Of a stretch of DNA of 64,000 nucleotides, positions 1 through 10,080 are shown one piece after another. The position numbers were made by a program, and so were the translations under genes. The stretch's first letter is position 1. Every line of letters begins with the position of its first letter. A model generated the notes under the pieces. That model was not told the DNA's origin. It searched no databases and worked only from the letters and a program-made list of their open reading frames with translations. Location: contig MU061050.1 in NCBI GenBank assembly GCA_013265495.1, forward strand, positions 2,312,307 to 2,376,306, read 5' to 3'. Origin of the DNA: Vicugna vicugna. Its lineage: Eukaryota.

Positions 1-281
1 CAACGCATTTTGAAGAACTGCCATGAGGGTGCTGCCTATGCAGACCCTAACCCTCCAGAGTGAAAGGGGAGAGGTCAAAGCGCCCTAGAGCCCAGAGAAG
101 CCCCCAGAGGGAGGCTGTAGTGGGGGGCTGTGCTGTTACTATGAGCCTCTGCAGCCATGGGCCACCCACCCCAGTGCCATGACCCATTCGAGCCACCGAG
201 GCATCGTGGTGGAGCAGCGCTGGGAAGCGCAGGTGCCAGGAGGCCCAGCCTGACGCCGCCCCTGCCCATTGCTCTCTGCAG

Positions 282-379
282 GGGCGTGGGCTGCATCCAC
301 TATGAGATGGCCACGGGGAGGCCCCTCTTCCCAGGCTCCACCGTCAAGGAGGAGCTGCACCTCATCTTCAGACTCCTCG
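282..379 (+). CDS. CDK18: CDK18 internal coding exon (kinase subdomains IX-X)
   Basis: Acceptor ctctctgcag at 272-281 and donor gtcagt at 380. Translates (W)GVGCIHYEMATGRPLFPGSTVKEELHLIFRLL(G), matching recalled human CDK18. Confidence 0.97.
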
Positions 380-595
380 GTCAGTGTCCTGCGCTCCCTC
401 CCTCTCACCACGAGGGGGCGCGAGAACTCTGTCCAGCCCAGGCGCATAATGGGAATGTGAGGAGCAGCTTCGGCCTGATCTCCAAAGGGCGGGGACCCCT
501 CAGCTATTCTTTGCCCCCACCTTCTACCTTGTACCCCTTCAAGTCACCCTTGGCCCTGGCTTCTCACCCCTCCACACCTCTTCTCATCTCCCCAG

Positions 596-701
596 GGACC
601 CCCACGGAAGAGACGTGGCCTGGTGTGATGGCCCTCTCGGAGTTTCGAGCCTACAGCTTCCCCCGGTACCTCCCCCAGCCGCTCATCAGCCATGCTCCCA
701 G
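596..701 (+). CDS. CDK18: CDK18 internal coding exon
   Basis: Acceptor ...ctccccag ending at 595 and donor gtagcc at 702. (G)TPTEETWPGVMALSEFRAYSFPRYLPQPLISHAP(R); phase fits the neighbouring exons. Confidence 0.97.
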
Positions 702-846
702 GTAGCCCTTCCTCCCCACGCCTCCTCTCCTGCCTGTGGTCCTGGCTGTCCCTCTGGAGGTGGCCACAAGCTCCATCCAGCCCACGTGGGCCCCCTCCTC
801 CCCCGCCCCCCCAGGCCAGGCCTGTGCCAGCTCCTTCCTCCTGCAG

Positions 847-889
847 GTTGGACACTGATGGCATCAACCTCCTGACCAGCCTCCTCCTG
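847..889 (+). CDS. CDK18: CDK18 internal coding exon
   Basis: Acceptor cttcctcctgcag and donor gtgagt at 890. (R)LDTDGINLLTSLLL. Confidence 0.96.
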
Positions 890-1071
890 GTGAGTGTGCT
901 CCGCCCCGGCCAGGGACAGGCAGTCAGAGAGCTGAAGCCCCAGGACCCCACCCAGCCCTCAGTCCCAACCTACGTGTGTGCTCACGGACTCACAAGCCTG
1001 AGCCGTGTCCCCCTGTGCCCTCCACCCGCAAGGCCTCAGACTTCAGAGTGGGCGCGCTCCGAATGCAAACC

Positions 1072-1258
1072 CCAGTTCAAACCCTGGCTGTGTAGCTTTG
1101 GGCAAGTTACAGAGCTTTTCTGTGCCTCAGTTTCCTCAACTGCAAGTAGAATTAAACATTTTGTAAGCTGGTTGTGAGGATAAACTGAGGTTATGAAACA
1201 CTTTAGAAGGGTGCCTGTCTTGAATAAGCACACAATAAAGGGTAGTTGTTAGTATTAC
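1072..1258 (+). mobile_element. MIR SINE fragment
   Basis: MIR core motifs gggcaagttac, ctgtgcctcagtttcctca and gttgtgagga. Confidence 0.8.
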
Positions 1259-1559
1259 GTATGAATATGACTGGCATTGAAGTTATGACCTTGGATGCTT
1301 TAGCATCTGTAATTTCCATCCCAAGAGGAAGTCATTCTCCGATGGTCCCATTTCTGGTTTTCTCCTGGTGGCTGGAGACCTGGGACCCTGAGCTTTGAGA
1401 CTGCCTTGGGTTGGGTGGGCAGCTGACCCCGGGGGCTTCTCAGGTCGGACTCTGGTGCCTCCCATCTTGGCCATGTAACTTAGTATAGCAGTTGCATTAC
1501 CCAGAGGGGTCCCTGCAGTCCCCTAGCTGGGGCCAAACTGCCCACCGTCTGCTTTTCAG

Positions 1560-1650
1560 TATGAATCCAAGAGTCGTGTGTCGGCAGAGGTGGCCCTGAA
1601 GCACCCATACTTCCGGTCTCTGGGGGAGCGTGTGCACCAGCTGGAAGACA
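1560..1650 (+). CDS. CDK18: CDK18 internal coding exon (kinase subdomain XI)
   Basis: Acceptor gcttttcag and donor gtgagt at 1651. YESKSRVSAEVALKHPYFRSLGERVHQLED(T). Confidence 0.97.
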
Positions 1651-1972
1651 GTGAGTGTGTCGGGGAGGCTGGGGGAAGGGGCAGGGCCACCCCAGGGCCA
1701 GGGAAAGAGGGCAGCCAGTGTGGATGGAGGAGCCGGATCAAAGAGGCCAGAGGCCCCGGGTCTGGCTGAGCAGCCTGGCTTCCCCTTCTTGGGTTCTCAT
1801 TTGTAACGAAGGGGTCAGACCCTGGGGATCCGAGGTGCCTCCTGAAAGGCCCAGTGAGGTGCTCCTGGGCTGGTCCTGCCTGCAGGGGGGTACTCTCAGC
1901 TCCTGTGCTCAGTGGGCGTGGGGACTGCCGGCTCCACTCAGCTCTCTCCCTGCCTTTCCCCTCCCACCACAG

Positions 1973-2050
1973 CTGCCTCCATCTTCTCCCTGAAGGAGAT
2001 CCAGCTCCAGAAGGACCCGGGCTACCGGGGCCTGGCCTTTCATCAGCCAG
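1973..2050 (+). CDS. CDK18: CDK18 penultimate coding exon
   Basis: Pyrimidine tract plus cacag acceptor, donor gtaggg at 2051. (T)ASIFSLKEIQLQKDPGYRGLAFHQP(G). Confidence 0.97.
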
Positions 2051-2424
2051 GTAGGGGCTTGTTCCTCCTCCTCCCCCTCCCCTCCTTATTAGAGGAGACC
2101 AGGGCAGGCTACTCTGCCCTCTCGAGGGACAGATATCGGGCCCAGCAGCGGGCTCCTTCCATGGAAATCAGCATGGCCTCCCCTCATTGGCCTCCCTTCC
2201 TGTGGGGAGCAGGTGAGGGGCTGGTTTCCCTATCTCCTGCCCAGGCTTCCTCCTTCAGTGTCTCCTTCCTCCATCCCCACCCTAGACAGAGCGCTGCATC
2301 TGACAGTAGCCCTGGCGAAGGTGCACGCTTTCTCTGGTGCATTCTCTCTGCAGACTCGGAGCTCTCTAGCCTCCATCCTGGGAGAACTGTATGTTTTCTA
2401 GACTAGCTCGTGGCCTCAGACGTG

Positions 2425-2612
2425 ACAAGTGCTTTCCATGTATTATCTCATTTCATCTTAAAACACCGCTTAAAGTTGGTACTGTGAGTTAGTGCTCCCC
2501 ATTTCAAACTAAATGAAACGGGCTTTGGGAGGCTGTTGCAATTTCATGTAGCTAGTAAGTAGCAGAGGTGGCGTTTGAACCAGGACTGACCAGCTCCCGA
2601 GCACGTGCTCTT
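2425..2612 (-). mobile_element. MIR SINE fragment
   Basis: Reverse MIR motifs attatctcatttcatc and gctagtaagtagcagag...tttgaaccagg. Confidence 0.7.
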
Positions 2613-2720
2613 GCTGGCTCTATCAGAGGAGCTGTGGAGGATGCCCGTCCCTCCTGATGGCGGGTGACCTTTGGCCCGGCCTTCTCCCTGCAGTCCCACA
2701 TCTTCCCCTCCATTCTCCAG

Positions 2721-2755
2721 GGCGAGGGAAGAGCCGGCGGCAGAGCATCTTCTGA
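2721..2755 (+). CDS. CDK18: CDK18 terminal coding exon to the TGA stop
   Basis: Acceptor cccctccattctccag. (G)RGKSRRQSIF*, the PCTAIRE-type C-terminus; TGA at 2753-2755. Confidence 0.96.
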
Positions 2756-4139
2756 GCTGTGACTGCCCTACTGAGGCCCAAGGGATGATAGGTCACACTG
2801 ATCACAGCTGCAGCAGGATGGGGCCCGTGTGGCCTCGGAGGACAGAGGAATGAGGGCTAATGGCGGGCCCAGAAGACTTCTCGGCAGCCCTGCTGGCCAC
2901 GGCTGTTTCCTCTCCCTGCTTTCCACATGCCTCCCTGGTGGCCTTGGCCTGGACACCAACCCCCTCCATCTCCTGCCCTGGGGCAGGGCAGGAGCTGCTT
3001 CTCTGGGAGGAGGTGAGGGGGCAGAGGGCAGCCTCAGACACTTCCCCACCCTGAAGGGCTCGGGCACCAGCGTGGGACCCACGTGGACAGGAGAATCTGG
3101 AGGCCAGGCCAAGCGCTATGCCTTGGACATGGGCACCACCACGCCCCACCCTGGGGGCCCTGCCTGCCTCACCAGTTTGATCGAGTCCCTTTTGGGCTCT
3201 TTGGAGCCCACACATCTTTCCCCTTTTCCCCTCTGAGAGCAGGAAGCAACATGGCACCTTGTCAGGGACCTCGTCAGGAATCCTGGGTGCCAACGTGTGT
3301 TCCAAAGCCTACCCCCTACCTGAAGGGTGGGTGTCCCCAGAGCAACAGAGGGAATCATAGCCCACCCCTTTCCCACCATGCCCCACTTGTTCCCACTCCC
3401 CACTCCTCGCCAGGGGCCCGGAATGCTGCTGGATGCCCAGTCGAGTCCAGAGGTGGCCTGGCCTCGCCAGCCGCACTCCCGCCACCTCAGCCGCCCCCGC
3501 CCAGCTCCCCAGTCTGAACGGGATTGCCTTAAATTGGCAGGTGGTGGAGCACTCACTGCCCTTGGAGCTCTGACCCACGCTCCTACCTGTCCACCCTTTC
3601 CCGACAGCGGCTCCTGCTTATCACCCCTGAGCACTGATAAGCCAGCCCTGTGCCAGGGTCCCGAGAATGGCTGGCACCCAGATATGCAGGGTCACCTTGA
3701 CACTGGGGCCAGGCCGGCCGCAGCCCCTTGGGGCTGGCACAGCCTCCCTTGTCCCCTCCTCCCCTGCCCCCTCCTTCCCAGGCCCTGTGGCCCTGTCCTT
3801 GCTCTGCAGTATCTGGGCACCAGCCTCCCAGTGCTCCTGGCCTTCCCAGAGGGAGAGTCAGTGCCACAGTCTGAGGTACAGGAAGAGGGGACAGGATAGG
3901 ACAGGCTTTGATCCTGAGACCCCCGCCCCACGGGGGTGGGAGTATGAGGGGCCGTGACCCCCAAAGAAGGCACCACCACTGCCCCTATGGAGCATGCCTA
4001 CTGTATTCCCAAGGTCTCAACACTTGACTCAGTCTTAGATGGCAAGGCCAAGGGGAGGCCAGGCCCCAAGCCCACCCGCCTCAACCTAAGGAGCAGCCCT
4101 GGAGGGTCTTGGCTTCCCCACAAGTCCCTCCCCTCCTCC

Positions 4140-4370
4140 CTGACTGTACTGTGAATGTCCTGTGACTCAGCACAAAAACAGATAATATATTTAATTCATG
4201 TACAGAAAAGAGTGACAGTCTCATGCAGAAAAGCTGATTTTGACAGATTGATGCCAAAGATGGAGGACAGAAGGCCCTTCTCGAGGCTTCCTGCGTGCAA
4301 GTGGGGCTTGCTTGTGCATATATATATATATATATATAAAGTGGAGAGAGAATTTGGTTTGTGTGTATCT
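4140..4370 (+). terminator. CDK18: Probable CDK18 3' end region with only variant poly(A) signals
   Basis: AT-rich island in GC-rich DNA with TGTA elements, AATATA at 4184-4189 and TATAAA at 4335-4340 followed by a GT-rich stretch. I saw no AATAAA/ATTAAA between the stop codon and 6684. Confidence 0.4.
4318..4337. repeat. (TA)n microsatellite
   Basis: About 10 TA units read directly. Confidence 0.9.
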
Positions 4371-6549
4371 CTGAACCCAGCCTGGGCCATGGGCATGGTG
4401 CCCTGCACCCTCCCTGCTGTATTCACGGCTGGAAGTCAACTCTGGGTGTCATGGGGTGGGAGCAGAGGAGCCCTGGGACTCCATGCTCTGGGTCCCAGCC
4501 TTGGCCCAAGTTGGTGCCTGAAGGGCGGGGCCAGCCAGGAGTCCCGGAAAAAGTCCTGGGGTTCTGGCTGCTGTAGCTGACCCGTGTTCTCCCGCAACCA
4601 AGCGGCTTTCTGACTTTATGGGAGGCAGGGAGGGAGGTTCAAGAGAGGGTTGACAGGGTGGATGACCAAGGAAGGCCAGGGCAGCAGAGCCAGGGTGCAA
4701 GCCTCACGATAATTCTGGTTCAGACCTGACTCCCCCTTCTGCTGCCCAGACGGCCTCTTACCTTGGGTCTGTCCGCACCTTCTTTGACACACATCTCTCA
4801 AAGTTCTCAGCATCCTGCTCTGTTTTCCAATTCAGTGTCCAGATTTGTTCTCCACAAGCCACCCTGAGAATGTCAGGCTCCAAACCACACCTCCCCACCT
4901 TACCTGTCTAGTGGCCTCATGTCTGGCCATGAGAACTTTCCAGTTTGCCCGCACACTCCAAGAGTGGAGGCTGCTTCCCAGAGGAGGAAGCTAATGTTGA
5001 GAGGCTAGGCGATGTCACCCAAGGTCATGGAAGTAAAGGGTGGGTCAGGGCTTGGTTCTCAACACTGGTTCCACCAGCCTAGACCTCCTCACCTCTTAAA
5101 GGCAGCCAGTCACCAAACTGGAGGCCAGTGAGTGCTTGACCAGAGAGCAGGGGCCAGGAAACACATTGGTGGGAATCAGAGTCTTTTAAGTTGCTTTTGG
5201 GAGGGGACTAGAAGAGACCTAAGGTTTGTTAGCTCCTTGCTATGCAAAGCCTCTCATTTAATCCTCACAGCAGCTCCATTTCTCCCCATATTGCAGGTGA
5301 GGACAGTAAGGTTCCCAGGGGTTAAATTACTTGCCTGGGGTCACAGAGCAAATTAGAATCCCAGTCTGTCTGCCACCCCAGCCCTTGGTCTTCATGGAGG
5401 GGGAAGAGTGGAGAAGAAGGGAGGTGTAGACAGGATGGAGCCCCAGGAGCCAGGGAAAGACATGAAAGGGAAGGCCCTGGGGCAGACACTGCTTTGCTGG
5501 AGCACCTCTTGAGACCAGAGACCACCACTGTATCATGGGCAGCGGCAGCCCGAAGGTTTACAGAGGCTCCTGCCCCTTTAAGGGGGGGGGCAGCTGATTC
5601 TGTTGTGGAGGCTCACGTGGGTAGGGGTACTTCGGAGGTCTGTGTGGAGGCATCAAGGCACTCAGCTTCTGCCCTAGAAAGCTTGGTGGGGTGGGGCCAG
5701 GGGGCAGGAGGAGCACTCAGCTGGACAGGCTTATACCGGGTCTTTTGTGCAGTTAGTGCTCAAGGACAAATGATGGTTCTGGGGAAGGAAGCTGGAGGGG
5801 CACGCCACTCTGGTCATGAACTACTGGGGCAGAAGGGCTTCCAGGGTTGCCCCCAGGCCACCCCACCAGGTGCACGCACCCTGTTTCCTCGTCCGCCCCA
5901 CCATCATTCCCATATGCCTTTGGCTCTCACAAACAGCAGCCTGCCCTTTACGCTGGAGTCCCTGAGCCCAAACCCCCATCAGCCAGTCAGTTCCCCCTCT
6001 GGCCTCACTTCTGCTCCTGGGATGGGTCAGGAGTGCCTGGCGCCCCGAAGGGCCTTTCCTTTCACCTGCCTGCTCAGTAGGGGCATTTGTGCTGCACCTG
6101 AGAGTGAGAGCAGCTCTCCTGCTGGGCTCTGCCCCACAGCAGCTCACACCCTGGTGGGACCTGCGGCTGGCTCTCCTTGCCCCACCCTTCCTGTGGGCTC
6201 TTAGTCATCCTGTTCGGTCCTGGGTCCAGCGGTCAAGGCTGATGCCCCATGGGCCACTGCCCTCTTTGCCCTGCTAGGCCATCTGGGCCATCCAGGTGTC
6301 GGACACTGTTGCCAAACTTCCTTTCTTTCCTCCTCAAAGCTGCTCAGCCCCTTTCTACCCATCTTTCCACCTTCATCTTTGCTCAGACCGCCACTTCCAG
6401 TCTGGACACTCCATAGCTCCCCCATGCCCTGTCTCCAGAGCAAATCACCAGCAGCATGAATTGGTCACTAGGTGCTGGGACACCAAGATACAAGACTCCA
6501 CGTTCACCTTCTGAGAGCTCAAACCTACTGTGGCGGTGATGGCCTGTCT

Positions 6550-6900
6550 CTCAGCAGATTTTTATCAAGTACCCACTGTGTGTCAAGCACTGTGCTGGGC
6601 ACTGAGGATGGGGCAGCGAGCTCCATCACACTGTCCCTGCTCTCAGAGAGCTTACATTCCAGTGAGGGAGGACACATCACCCAAATAAACACGTGGCACA
6701 TCAAAGGGTCAGGTGTGATGAAGCCCCATCAAGCAGGGTCAGGGAGATGCAATGGCAGTGGGGGAGGGGTGGACATATAGTGTGGGCGGGGCCTCTCTGA
6801 TAAGACTGAGGGGAGCAGTGACTTGTAAGGGGAGAGCCATGTGGACCTCCAAGGACAGAGTAGTCCAGCAAAGGTGCTGAGAGGGGTCCTTAGAGACAAA
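6550..6900 (-). mobile_element. L2 LINE 3' fragment
   Basis: aagcactgtgctgggcactgaggat...gagcttacattccagtg resembles the reverse L2 3' end. Confidence 0.65.
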
Positions 6901-7804
6901 CAAGGTGGCAGCTGGGCCAGAGCACCGCGGCCAGGCGGGGTGGCAGGAGGGCCACCTCGCTCCCGTGGAGCGGTGGTTCTGCACAGTAGATCCACCGGAG
7001 AGCACCCAGGAAGTACTGATACACGGCTCCGGCTTGGACTGACTCACTCCGATTTTCCAGCAGTGGGACCAGGCATCAGTAATTTTTAAAAACTCCCCAG
7101 ATGACCCCAGTGTGTAGCCAGGGTGGAGAATGGCACATATGGGGTCTTGTGGGCACGGGCAGGACTCTGGATTCCATCCTGAGGTGGAAAACCACTGACC
7201 TCTGTTTTAGAAAGGCTCAGAGAGGCTAATAGGAGATGTCAGTCCCCATGAGGAGGGTGCTGTGGGACGGGAGGGGGAAGGACTCCCTCCCCCGACACAG
7301 GCACTAGGATCACAGGAGGGGAGGAGGAGCCGCCTCTTGGGAGAGGTGCCCTGAGATGGAGGCTGTCATCCTAGGGACGGTGAGGTGCCTGAGGCTCTAG
7401 ACGACATAACTTGCCTGGCCACACAGAGAAAGGGCTATGTGTTGTCAGAATTCGAACCCAGGTCTGCCTGCCTGAGCAGCACAGTGCTCACACCGCACCG
7501 CCTGCCCCCCAGGCTGGGGTGGGCGGCTGGGCTAGGAGGCTCCACCTCACTTGTCTGCTGGGACTCGGAGCAGCACCTCCCCGCAAACCCCGTCACCTAC
7601 TAGCATGGCTGACAGGCAGCAGGTAGACCCCCAGAGGGTTAGCCAGAAGTCACTGTGCCCAATCCCGCCACATGTCCCCCTGCCATCACCCAGCTCCTCC
7701 TCAGGACCCTCTGGATCTCCCCAGTATTCACCAACTCAAAGGGCAGTGTTGGGCACTGGGGGCCCCAATTTCTGCTCCAGTGCTGTGATCAGTGTCCTTT
7801 CTCA

Positions 7805-7910
7805 TTTTGGTTTGTTTGTTTTTTTCCCTTTTTAAAATGGTGGTACTGGGAATTGAACCAAGTACCTCATGCATGCTTAGCATGCGCTCTACCAACTGAG
7901 CTATACCCCC
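7805..7910 (-). mobile_element. tRNA-Ala-derived camelid-type SINE
   Basis: Minus strand reads GGGGGTATAGCTCAGTTGGTAGAGCGCATGCTAAGCATGCATGAGGTACTTGGTTCAATTCCCAGTACC followed by an A-rich tail. Confidence 0.9.
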
Positions 7911-8764
7911 ACGACCGACAGGCATCCTTTCTGAAGGCTGGTGCCCAGCTCCAGTGAGAGAGCGCCAGCTCTCTCAGACAGGATGGACCTGGTGGGCAGG
8001 CGGGCGGCTCAAATGGGATCGCAGATGCCACTGGGCCACTTCTCTCTCCTCTGTCTCTCTCTCTCCCCCTTTTCGCTCCTCTCTCTGCCCCTCCCCTGCC
8101 CCTCCCTCTTCCTGGGATGGCTCTGAGTAGCACAAACCCAGAAATCAATCATCTGACCGGGCCTCTTCCCTAAGGAAGCTTCTCCCTGCTGTTCACCCCA
8201 AGCCCAAACCCCTGAGAAGTTCTCCTGATGCCAAGTCATCCCTTTCTCTTGCATCTTCATTCATTTCATCCAAATGATGTCAACACAAGGCAGTGGCGCT
8301 GTGGCAGCGGTTGTGTGTGCATGGCGGGGTTCAGCCAGAGTGGCAGACACGTGGCTCGGCCCTCCAGGATGCAGTCAGCCCTCCTCCCTGCTCAAAGCTT
8401 CTTTCCCAGCTCCTCATCTTCCTGTCGCCTCCCAAGCTCCTCCCTCCCACATTCACTCATCATTCGTCTGACTACACACCAGGCTCTGTTTCCAGTACCT
8501 GGGATACAAACTTGACCCTGACTTAAACCCTACTTGCAGGAGCTCAGAGTCTCAGTGTCAGTTAGGATGTGGTCTTTGCTTCCTCTCCTGAAGTCTCGGT
8601 TATGTGGGGGAGGGCGGTTGTCCATTAGTCATTCTTTTCAAATTTGCCAAGGGTGTTTGTTTGCTTGTTTCAGACACAACAAAGATTTTTTATGCCATCC
8701 ATGTTTTCCCTGGAGGAGGGGTCACCTGGGTCCCAGGTTCCTGGGGAGGAGACTTGCACATCCA

Positions 8765-8925
8765 CAGCTCCAAAATACATGAATCTGGATCCAAATCCCA
8801 GCGCTGCTGTTTACAAGCTGTGTCACCTTGGGCATGTTACTAAACCTCTGTGTCTGTTTCCTTCTCTGTAAAACAGAGATGCTGACAGCACCTTTTCCAC
8901 GGGGTTGTGAGGATTCATGGGAGAA
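8765..8925 (+). mobile_element. MIR SINE fragment
   Basis: gctgtgtcaccttgggcatgttactaaacctctgtg...ctgtaaaa...gggttgtgaggatt. Confidence 0.8.
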
Positions 8926-9874
8926 TCCCCATCCGCATGCTCCGTGAGCGGAAGTGTGACTGTCACTCTGCACAGGCCCAGCCCTTTCTCCACCAGCAGA
9001 AATTCCGGCTTGCTCCCTCCCCGAGGGATCCCAGTCCTGGCATTTAAATTGGATCATACTTTTCCTTTCTCACATTCTTCACCCTTGATAAGATCTCAGT
9101 TAGCAAGAGTGTATTAAGCACATTCTACCTGAACAAATTTGCAAGGCTTTAAAATTACCTCAGCCCAGAGTTTTGTCTCCACAGACCTTTAAATGGAGCT
9201 AGGGAAGTAAACACTGGAAAACTGTTTACGATAAAAAGCTTTGGGTCACGGGTATCACTCAGCAGATCAGCTGCCTTCTGGAGCAGTGAGCTCTCTGTCC
9301 CTAGAAGCATTCAAGCAGAGGCTGGGAGGCCACTTGCTGGGAATTCCAGGGGCATGCAGTGTCTCTGGTAAGTCTTATCAGATTGCAGACGAAGAGGCTG
9401 TCTTGGGGCCGGCCAGATCAGCCCCAGGTCTGATCACGTTCCTTGTGTCTCTGCTTTGTTAAGCAGGGCAGCAAGATACAGCCCACAGGTAAGAAGCATT
9501 TCTCAGGGATGCCTTGAGGAATGTGGCAAATCATGGTTGTGGGCTTGCGAAGACCCTTAACCTGGATTCCAGCATGCCTGGAGCATCCAGTAGGACCACT
9601 TGTTTTGAGGCCAGACCACCTTGGCCTTACAAGACCTGGGACTGACTCTGGGGTGTGGGAAAGCTGCCTTAGACCAGGCGGAGGTGCCCTGGGGCCATGA
9701 CCCAGTACTTTTCCTGGCTTGTGTGGATGACTTGCACAGTTAGCCTCAACCACCTGTGATTCTACACCTTTGGCCAGCTGTGTTCCACTTAGTAATGGAA
9801 CCGACTGCCCAGCTTCAGGGTGCCAGGGGAGGGGGGAAGGTTGGGATTCCCAAGCAGCAGAGACAGTGCGGTCA

Positions 9875-10080
9875 AGAGCAGAGCTCTGGTGCCAGGCTGC
9901 CGCGGCACCAATGCTGGCTCCATCATTTCCTAGTCATGTGATCACATAACATGGCTTCTCTGTGCCTCAGCTTTCCCATTTGTAGAATGGGGAGATCGTA
10001 GGGTAAGTGTTGAGATTAAATGAGTTAATACATAGAAAGCACTCAGAACTTACTGGCCACATGGAAAAGCATCAAGTATT
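9875..10080 (+). mobile_element. MIR SINE fragment
   Basis: ctgtgcctcagctttcccatttgtagaatgggg...gagattaaatgagttaatacatagaaagcactcag. Confidence 0.8.

Noticed and set aside
5494-6204. 236-aa ORF and other long ORFs in GC-rich DNA (3327-3899, 15513-16115, 48032-48619, 50392-50940)
   Set aside because: Low-complexity Pro/Gly/Ser/Ala composition, mostly non-ATG starts, no recognisable domain and no splice structure. These are expected by chance at this GC content.
7833-7910. tRNA-Ala(AGC)-like sequence, and similar heads at 16881, 24065, 37141, 56478 and 60119
   Set aside because: Each has stem-disrupting substitutions and an A-rich SINE tail instead of a clean poly(T) terminator. They are SINE heads, not tRNA genes.
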